Shown one piece after another: positions 1 to 6,205 of a stretch of DNA of 64,000 nt. The translations under genes and the position numbers were made by a program. The notes under the pieces were generated by a model. The model searched no databases. It worked only from the letters and a program-made list of their open reading frames with translations, and had not been told where the DNA came from. The stretch covers positions 2,144 through 66,143 of the forward strand of contig JAFVYC010000003.1 in assembly GCA_017500855.1 (NCBI GenBank), written 5' to 3'. How positions within the stretch are numbered: position 1 is the first letter of the stretch; each line of letters starts with the position of its first letter. The stretch comes from Clostridia bacterium. Lineage in GTDB: Bacteria > Bacillota > Clostridia > Christensenellales > CAG-314.

Positions 1-460
1 GGTAGGGCATTGCTTGGCGAACGGTTTTGACAACGGCTGGGTCAACGGACATCACGGCAAGGTCACGCACGTTGAGAGTTGTTTGGTTGTAGCCAATGAA
101 GGCTTGCGCAACTTCGTCGTTAGCAATGTACACAACGGGCAAAATCTTTTTGTCCAACTTGGCGTACACTTCGGCAAAAGTGCCAAGGCTTTGTCCGTCC
201 GAGCCAACTACGTTGCAGTTCTTGTCCAACGTGAGAATTGCGTTGGATGGCTTTTCCGTAGAGTTGAGCCCTGCCAACATTCCCGGCGTTCTCACTTCGG
301 CAATGATTGCAGGTTCGTTGATTAGATTTGTTTGGTTTTGGTTGGTTTGTGTGAGCGTGGAATCTACCACGAGCTGTGCCGTGTCGGCTTGAGAAACAGG
401 CAAAACTGCCAAACTAAGCACCAAAGCCAAACAAAATAGCAAAGAAAAAATACGTCTCAT
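1..460 (-). CDS. secreted protein of unknown function, N-terminal ~153 codons (gene runs off left edge)
   Basis: ATG at 460-458 (minus) with GGAGAAAC SD just upstream. My translation starts MRRIFSLLFCLALVLSLAVLPVSQADTAQLVVDSTLTQTNQNQ (signal peptide). Frame stays open to position 1; absent from ORF track because it has no stop in the window. Confidence 0.6.
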   Translation of the reverse strand, partial: MRRIFSLLFCLALVLSLAVLPVSQADTAQLVVDSTLTQTNQNQTNLINEPAIIAEVRTPGMLAGLNSTEKPSNAILTLDKNCNVVGSDGQSLGTFAEVYAKLDKKILPVVYIANDEVAQAFIGYNQTTLNVRDLAVMSVDPAVVKTVRQAMPY

Positions 461-610
461 TTTGTTTCTCCTTGTTATACCGCCTTGTGGGCATAGTAGT
501 ACACATAGATTATAATACAAAAAACAAGTAATTTCAATAGTTTTTGAAAAATTGTTGACGGTTTTTTTTGCGAGATTTTGCACCACGCCTTGCAAATAAC
601 GGGCAAAATT

Positions 611-1125
611 GCCCACCCGTGGCAACCAATGTCTTGTTGAAAACGACAAGCCACAGCGCAAAAACGCACCACGTGTGCGAGAGTTTGCAACACAATCACA
701 AAAAACAGACCAAAACACAACAAAACCCCCACCACGGGGTGGAAAAATTAGAAAGACGCGCAGGAACTAGGAATATAGATTTGCCAACAGCAAAGCCTTG
801 GCGCACGGGCAAAAACCTTGACTACGTGTGCGGAAATTTCGCCGGTTAAAACAAAAACCCTCACTCAAAACGCAAAAAACCCCACCACGGGGTGGGAAAT
901 TAGAACTCATTGCTCACGAACAAATTGATTTGTTGCGCAATGCCTAGCAGTGTTGAAACTTGCTTCACTCCCTAAAAACCCACCACGGGGTGCGGAAATT
1001 GCAAAGAAAACAATATTTTCCACAAATTGGCACGTCGTGACGTTGCCCACTTTCACAACGGCAACACGTGCGTGCATTTTTCCAAATCATACGTGCAAAC
1101 AGGCAAAAACCCCAACACGGGGTGG
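611..1125. repeat. intergenic array of the GC-hairpin repeat (4 clean copies at 726-742, 880-896, 979-995, 1110-1125; degenerate copies at 611-623, 666-678 and ~810-830)
   Basis: Each clean copy reads AAAAACCCCACCACGGGGTGGRAAATT: a 5-7 bp GC stem, an ACGG loop, an A-run on the left and AAATT on the right. Spacing is irregular (~100-155 nt). Confidence 0.75.
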
Positions 1126-1132
1126 AAAATTG

Positions 1133-1163
1133 CAAAAAAAAATCCCCTCGGAAATCCGAGGGG
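1133..1163 (-). terminator. intrinsic terminator of lipoprotein gene 1178-1711
   Basis: CCCCTCGG-AAAT-CCGAGGGG hairpin (1144-1163), followed on the minus strand by a T-run (plus-strand A-run 1133-1142), 15 nt after the stop. Confidence 0.7.
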
Positions 1164-1177
1164 AAAATTCAAGTTTA

Positions 1178-1711
1178 CTACTTTGTGAAAGTCCAAGTTG
1201 TGGTCACCGTGCCGTTTGTTGTTGTGTAGGCAACAACAATGTTTTGCAAGTGTGTGCCAAAGTTGGCAACAACCGTCATGTTGGAACATTGCACTTGTGT
1301 GCCCAAAAATGCTTGCACATCGGCAACTGTTGCCGAAAGGCTTGTTTCCGTCAGGTTGACGTCGGCAAGGCAGTTTTGGTTGAAGTTGTAGGAACAGTTC
1401 AACGTGGAGCCGTCCATTGTGTTGCTACCCGTTTCGGTGATGACGGGGTTGTTCAACACGCTTTCGCCAAACTCAGCAAGGCGTTGAGTTGTGTAGTCCA
1501 CGGAGATGACGTTGTTGTTCAACGTGTACACGAACGTGTCCACAAGCACAAACTCGCCAACGGTTGTTTTTGTTTCCACTTTGATGGACGTGTAGCTTTG
1601 TTGAGCCATGCTGTTTACCTTGTCTAGCGACATTGGTTCAACGGGTGGTTGGCAAGCAACAAAAAGTGTTGCAAGGCAAACAAGAAGAGCCAAAATTGCA
1701 AATTTTTTCAT
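1178..1711 (-). CDS. lipoprotein, unknown function
   Basis: ORF-track 1178..1717 starts at a GTG. The ATG at 1711 has AGGAGG 8 nt upstream. N-terminus MKKFAILALLVCLATLFVAC is a lipobox signal peptide. Confidence 0.75.
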   Translation of the reverse strand: MKKFAILALLVCLATLFVACQPPVEPMSLDKVNSMAQQSYTSIKVETKTTVGEFVLVDTFVYTLNNNVISVDYTTQRLAEFGESVLNNPVITETGSNTMDGSTLNCSYNFNQNCLADVNLTETSLSATVADVQAFLGTQVQCSNMTVVANFGTHLQNIVVAYTTTNGTVTTTWTFTK

Positions 1712-1723
1712 TTCCACTACCTC

Positions 1724-4684
1724 CTAGAAAAACCTTTTGCCAACTACAAATGCGCAAATTGCCAACAACGCAACTGCTTGTGCGCAAACCACAGCGTTTG
1801 CCGTGTTGCTTGCTTGTTGATGAACGTCGTTTGCATTTTGTACCGTTGTGTTGTAGTCATCCATTGCTTGTTGCAACGATGCACGTTGTGTTGCTACTTC
1901 GGCTTGTTGTTCCGCACTCAAAGAGTTGTAGAAAGCAAGCGCATTGTTGATTGCTTGGAACTGTTGTTGCATTGTGCCAACGCCAAGTTGATCAACGTAG
2001 GGTTGGAATGCTTGCGTTGGTGTGAGTGGGTCAACTTCCCTTGATTGACGACCGCCACAGTCTTGGCAAGTGCGTTGTTCTTCGCCCTTGCTGGTCAACG
2101 TTGGTTGAAGGGCAACTTGCCATTCGCCGTAGTTGTGGTCAAGTTTGTCAATTTGTTCCGTCTTGGTTTGTCCGCAAACAAGGCAAGTCGTGTGCTTGGA
2201 GCCCGGCTTTTTGCAAGTTGCTTCTTGGTCTACTTCCCACTCGCCAAAGCTACATTCGCCAAGTGGAAGCGTCAAGTCTGTCACAAGCGTTCCTTGCTCG
2301 TTGTAGGTTTTGCCACAAACGGTGCAAAGGAAGTGCGCCATTGTGCCGTGTTGTTGGCAAGTAGACGGTTGTTCTTCCACCCAGTTGTTAAGTTCGCAGT
2401 TGCCTGCGGGAACAACGATTGTGGAAAGTTGTTGTTTGTTTTGATCGAAGTACTTGTTGCAAAGTGTGCATTGATAGTGGCCAAGTTGACCTGGCTCTAC
2501 ACAAGTTGCCGAGTATCCTTGGTTCCAACTGCCCAAACTGTGTTGTCCGTTTGTGTCTACAATTGTGGAAAGTGGGTTTTTGTTGCTGTCGAAGTACTTG
2601 TTGCAAACGGTGCATTGGTAGTGACCAACTTGGCCGTTTTCCACACACGTTCCTGCATAACCTTGATTCCAAGCGCCCAAACTGTGGTCTGCCTTGGCAA
2701 TTGTGAGGTTGGTTATTTCTTGCTTGTTGGCATCAAAGTAGGTGTTGCAACCTTGGCAGTAGTAGTGGCCAACGGTACCTGTTTGTTGGCAGGTTGCAGG
2801 CACTTCGGCTTGCCAAGAACCGTAGTTGTGAACGTGCTCTTGTTGCTCTGCTTCGCCGTAGGAAACGGAAATGGACTCGATGTACCACACGCCCGTGCTC
2901 TTGTAGTTGATGGCAAAGTACTTGTCGGTTGTGTTGATTGTCCAAGTTGTGGGCTCAGCGCCAACGGTTTTGATGCCGTGGGAAGTTCCGCCCGTTGCAA
3001 TCTTGGAAGAACCGGGTGTGAAAGGTGTGTTGGACGTGAGAATTTCCACGTTCTTGCCTTCCGACTGCGATGTGATTGTGATTGTCAACAAGGAACCGGG
3101 AAGTTCCGTTGTGTTGTAGATGTAGTAGTAGGATTTGCTACTGTTCATTTGGATGGCGCTTGTGTTGCCACCGTACATGAACGCCTTGCCGGAAATTCCG
3201 TCCGACGTCCAAGTTTGCCATGCGTAGGCGCCACTACCGGAGAAACTGGACCTTGTGATGTCGAAGGACTTCATTTGCACGGAAGAAACGGTGATGCCCG
3301 AAACTGTTTGTTCAAGGTTGCCCAACACGCAAAGCACGCTTGTGGAGCCCTTGGAAAGCGCTGTTTGCCGTGTTGTTGCATCCAACCAACTACAACTGTC
3401 GTTGGCAATTGTTGCCGTTGTGCCGTCGGAGTAGGTCGCCACAACCTTGAGCCCTGCAGGGTTGAAAGTTTCCCCTGCGTAGTAGGAAGTTTTGGTTGGA
3501 GTGCCGGAAACGGCAATGCTTTGGACGCTTTTTACCGTTACCGTTGCCGTTGCCTTGACACTTGGGTTGGATTGGCTGTACGCCGTGATGGTTGCCGTGC
3601 CGTTTGCAACGCCCTTTACCACACCGCTTGCAACTGTTGCAACTGCGCTGTTGGATGTTGTCCACACCAAATCATTCTTGGCGTTGGATGGGGAAAGGCT
3701 GATGCCCAACGAAACGCTTTGTCCTGCAACAACGCTGATTGTGGATGGGTTAATTGTGATGCTTTCCACTTGCGCATTGTTGTTGCCGTACTGCGCAACA
3801 ACTTGCTTCAAAACGTTGTTGTAGCTTTCGCCATCGTAGCAGTAGATTTTTTCGGCATATTCCGGGTGGTCGATGAATGGGTTGCGATTGCCTTGGATGC
3901 CTGCAACCACGTTGTTACGGTAGATTTCTTCCTCGGTTGGCGGTTCTTGCAAGTGCCACTTCATCAAATCGGAAATTTTGCCGATGGTTTTGTTGTTGCC
4001 GGCTCTGTCTACAAAAGACAAACTGTACTTGTCGCCCCAACGAACTTGCAAGTACATCAAAATGCGTGCCGTTGCGCCACGGTAGCCTTCGCCGGGGTAG
4101 AACAACGTTCCGTCGGACGTGGACGCTTGGTAGCAAAGGTTTGTGGAATCGAAGTAGACACCGTTTTTGCCCACGACGTTGGCGTTGGTTTGTGGAACTT
4201 CGCCAAAGCTGTTGTTGCTACGGGTGGAGTTCAAACTGCTGTCGCATGGGCGCAAATGGTGAGCATCCGAGCCTGCCTCGCTGGAAGCAGGGAACGCACT
4301 GCCGTTGTTCTTGGGCCAAACGTGCTCACGGTTGATGCCGTCGTTGAAACTGCCGGAGAACGGAACGGATTTACCCGTGTAGAACAACAAAATGTTGCCC
4401 GGATTGTTTGGGTCGGCATCGGACTGCTTGAACACTTCCCTCAATCCGTCGTAGGTGGTTTGAGTTTTGTGCGTGCTTGTGATGAGTGTTGCAAGTTGCG
4501 CACGGAAGTCGACGCCCGTCAAACTTTCGTTCAAGTTTGCGTAGTAGTTGCCTTCGCCTGTGGTTGTTGCGCTTGCTTCAATTTGCGGAGTGATGCCAAT
4601 CCATCCTGCAAAAGACGCTGTGAACAACACCAGCGCAATGGCAAACAAGCAAATGCGAGTACAAATTCTTTGTTGAGTTTTCAT
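1724..4684 (-). CDS. membrane-anchored extracellular nuclease: endonuclease I (EndA/NucM-type) domain, Ig-like (Big_2/Big_3-type) domains, six Cys-rich modules, C-terminal TM helix
   Basis: Real start is MKTQQRICTRICLFAIALVLF at ATG 4684; the first 65 aa of the track ORF are a spurious extension. Endonuclease I motifs REHVWPKNNG, DAHHLRPCDSSLNSTRSNNSFGEV, NRNPFIDHPE. Big_2-like ITINPSTISVVAGQSVSL...GTATITAYS. C-terminal AVVCAQAVALLAICAFVVGKRFF. Confidence 0.8.
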   Translation of the reverse strand: MKTQQRICTRICLFAIALVLFTASFAGWIGITPQIEASATTTGEGNYYANLNESLTGVDFRAQLATLITSTHKTQTTYDGLREVFKQSDADPNNPGNILLFYTGKSVPFSGSFNDGINREHVWPKNNGSAFPASSEAGSDAHHLRPCDSSLNSTRSNNSFGEVPQTNANVVGKNGVYFDSTNLCYQASTSDGTLFYPGEGYRGATARILMYLQVRWGDKYSLSFVDRAGNNKTIGKISDLMKWHLQEPPTEEEIYRNNVVAGIQGNRNPFIDHPEYAEKIYCYDGESYNNVLKQVVAQYGNNNAQVESITINPSTISVVAGQSVSLGISLSPSNAKNDLVWTTSNSAVATVASGVVKGVANGTATITAYSQSNPSVKATATVTVKSVQSIAVSGTPTKTSYYAGETFNPAGLKVVATYSDGTTATIANDSCSWLDATTRQTALSKGSTSVLCVLGNLEQTVSGITVSSVQMKSFDITRSSFSGSGAYAWQTWTSDGISGKAFMYGGNTSAIQMNSSKSYYYIYNTTELPGSLLTITITSQSEGKNVEILTSNTPFTPGSSKIATGGTSHGIKTVGAEPTTWTINTTDKYFAINYKSTGVWYIESISVSYGEAEQQEHVHNYGSWQAEVPATCQQTGTVGHYYCQGCNTYFDANKQEITNLTIAKADHSLGAWNQGYAGTCVENGQVGHYQCTVCNKYFDSNKNPLSTIVDTNGQHSLGSWNQGYSATCVEPGQLGHYQCTLCNKYFDQNKQQLSTIVVPAGNCELNNWVEEQPSTCQQHGTMAHFLCTVCGKTYNEQGTLVTDLTLPLGECSFGEWEVDQEATCKKPGSKHTTCLVCGQTKTEQIDKLDHNYGEWQVALQPTLTSKGEEQRTCQDCGGRQSREVDPLTPTQAFQPYVDQLGVGTMQQQFQAINNALAFYNSLSAEQQAEVATQRASLQQAMDDYNTTVQNANDVHQQASNTANAVVCAQAVALLAICAFVVGKRFF
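2024..2839 (-). repeat. six tandem ~45-48-codon Cys-rich modules inside the nuclease gene
   Basis: Protein repeats of the form H-x-x-G-x-W-x(6-8)-(A/S)TC-x(3)-G-x(3-5)-C-x-x-C-x(~20), e.g. HSLGAWNQGYAGTCVENGQVGHYQCTVCNKYFDSNK and HSLGSWNQGYSATCVEPGQLGHYQCTLCNKYFDQNK. Confidence 0.8.
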
Positions 4685-4738
4685 AGGTACCCCTTGTTCG
4701 TGTAGATTTTTGTGCTTTGCACAAAGTTTCCTGTTTAC

Positions 4739-4767
4739 ATTATATACCAAATGTTGCAAGCCGTCAA
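4739..4767 (-). promoter_or_regulatory. sigma-A-type promoter of the nuclease gene
   Basis: Minus strand reads TTGACG (4767-4762), a 17-nt spacer, then TATAAT (4744-4739), ~55 nt upstream of ATG 4684. Confidence 0.55.
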
Positions 4768-4917
4768 TGCAAAACGGCAAAGTACTTGAAACAAAAAACT
4801 TTGCCACGCAAAAGAAAAGATTTGCCAATTTTCCCAAACGTTGCGCCATCTTGCCCCACCACGCCAAAAAAACCAACAAAATTGGCGCAAAATATACTCA
4901 TTTTGCATTTTGCCTAC

Positions 4918-4946
4918 TTGACACCTTGCCAATTGTGGTCTATACT
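4918..4946 (+). promoter_or_regulatory. sigma-A-type promoter of the aldo/keto reductase gene
   Basis: TTGACA (4918-4923), 17 nt, TATACT (4941-4946), 62 nt upstream of ATG 5009. Confidence 0.55.
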
Positions 4947-5008
4947 GTTTTTGTGGAAGTTTGCCTTTCGCAATACAACAAGGAGCGCACGACTGCCGTG
5001 CAACAAAA

Positions 5009-5893
5009 ATGAGTAGAATTGCTTTGGGATTGATGCGACTTGACTTTTCAACTGCCGGTCAAGTGGAAAAACTGATTGAAGAAAGTTTGAAGATGGGAAT
5101 TGACAAATTCGACCTTGCCGACATCTACGGCAACGGCCATTCGGAAAAACTTGTGGGCGAAGTGTTGAAAAAACGCCCCGAATTGCGCCAAAAAATGTAC
5201 ATTCAAACAAAGGTTGGCATTGTGAAGGGCAAGGGCTACGACTTGAGCCACGACTACATTGTGGAACACACCAAGCAATGCATCCAGCGCATTGGCTGTG
5301 GCTACTAGGACTGCTTGCTGTTGCACCGCCCCGACATACTGATGGACAACGAAGAAATTGCGCAAGCCATTGCAGAATTGCAAGAACAAGGGCTTGTGAA
5401 AGACTTTGGCGTTTCCAACTTTTCGCCAAGCGAAATTTTGTACTTGGAGGACACATTGAAAACTCCCATTTTGTACAACCAAGTGCAACTTGGGCTGGGC
5501 AACACCACCATGCTTGACCAAACCATGTACACCAACATTCCATCCAAAATTGTAAGCAAGGAAAGCGACAGTTTGCTGTTCTTCCTGAAACGCAAAAAAA
5601 TTACCATTCAATGTTGGAGCCCCTACCAAATGGGCTTGTTTGGCGGTTCAATTTTCAACGAATTGCGATTCCCCAAACTCAACGCCGTGTTGAACAAGTA
5701 CGCACAAAAGTACAACACAAGCAAGTGCGCCATTGCCACGGCATTTTTGCTTGCGGTAGACAAAAACTTGTGGGTTATCACAGGCTCAACCAACCTCAAG
5801 CACATTGCGCAATCGTTAGACGGCGAAAAAGTGCCCCTTTCCAAAATGGACTGGTACGACATCTACCGCCAAAGCGGAAAAATGTTGCCCTAG
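5009..5893 (+). pseudogene. aldo/keto reductase (YdhF-like oxidoreductase) interrupted by one in-frame TAG at 5306-5308
   Basis: Track ORFs 4961..5308 and 5315..5893 are in the same frame. Read through, they give ...QRIGCGY*DCLLLHRPDILMD..., the conserved AKR block (D-Y-[IL]-D-L-L-L-x-H-R-P-D). N-terminus MSRIALGLMRL...DLADIYGNGHSEKLVGEVL fits the family. Confidence 0.65.
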
Positions 5894-5905
5894 TTGAGTG
5901 GAAAA

Positions 5906-5920
5906 CCCCACCACGGGTGG
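5906..5920. repeat. GC-hairpin repeat copy
   Basis: AAAACCCCACCACGGGTGGCGAAAAA, 13 nt after the AKR stop. Confidence 0.6.
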
Positions 5921-5975
5921 CGAAAAATGCTGTGAACCAACCACACTACAACCCCTGTATCAGCAGGGCAAACAG

Positions 5976-5994
5976 CTCCCTTTACACAAGGGAG
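5976..5994. repeat. palindromic element CTCCCTTTACACAAGGGAG (second copy, inverted, at 32988-33008)
   Basis: 7-bp stem CTCCCTT/AAGGGAG with a 5-nt loop. The same core occurs as CCTCCCTTGTGTAAAGGGAGG at 32988-33008. Confidence 0.55.
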
Positions 5995-6117
5995 CCTTGT
6001 TTTTGTGCAAAATCCAGTCCTTCAAATTGCAACACAAAGGCATTTTGCAAAACGTTGCTTTGCCACCCCGTCATCGCTGATAAAGAAACAAACGTCTTGC
6101 TCAAAAAATCAACAAAA

Positions 6118-6134
6118 CCCCACCACGTGTGTGG
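6118..6134. repeat. GC-hairpin repeat copy (CACGTG-loop variant)
   Basis: AAAACCCCACCACGTGTGTGGAAAAAC. Confidence 0.55.
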
Positions 6135-6142
6135 AAAAACGC

Positions 6143-6179
6143 AAAAAAAGGCGACTGAAAAATCAGTCGCCAATTTTTG
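6143..6179 (-). terminator. intrinsic (bidirectional-looking) terminator of the GH5-lipoprotein operon
   Basis: GGCGACTGA-AAAA-TCAGTCGCC (6150-6171) flanked by an A7 run on the left and a T5 run on the right; lies 27 nt beyond the stop at 6206. Confidence 0.7.
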
Positions 6180-6205
6180 TTTAGGATGCTATGCAAGCAG
6201 TCAAA

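Noticed and set aside
611-1125. Possible CRISPR array (also 25566-25976), because short GC-rich palindromic repeats recur in one orientation.
   Set aside because: Repeat length is only ~17-30 nt, the copies are degenerate, spacing is irregular (75-155 nt), no cas genes or leader are present, and the same motif is scattered singly across the whole window.
2045-4705. Very long ORFs antisense to real genes: 2045..4705, 6191..8695, 10448..13303, 15555..17213, 17395..18924, 35680..37134, 39696..41099, 55014..56720, 56841..58133, 59099..60511 and others.
   Set aside because: All lie in the codon-aligned antisense frame of genes with clear motifs. Their translations are low-complexity (Cys/Val/Ala/Phe/His-rich), lack SD sites and lack any recognisable domain. 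They are a by-product of TTA/CTA/TCA avoidance, which is reported as a finding, and are not genes.
4685-4879. N-terminal extensions of track ORFs: 1724..4879, 8773..10179, 19089.., 23606.., 24771.., 25993.., 27798.., 30420.., 39254..39895, 39768..41186, 41065..42507, 49116..50108.
   Set aside because: In each case an internal ATG with a proper SD begins a signal peptide or the conserved N-terminus of the family. The upstream extension runs through promoters, terminators or hairpin repeats. It is an artefact of stop-poor intergenic DNA and of GTG/TTG being allowed as starts.
5306-5308. TAG recoding (pyrrolysine or reassigned amber) as the explanation for the in-frame TAGs here and at 63743-63745.
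   Set aside because: TAG terminates 34 of the 50 genes in the window at positions consistent with full-length proteins. No pyl genes or methylamine methyltransferases are visible. A point mutation (e.g. TTG to TAG) or a sequencing error is more parsimonious. Low-level read-through cannot be excluded from sequence alone.
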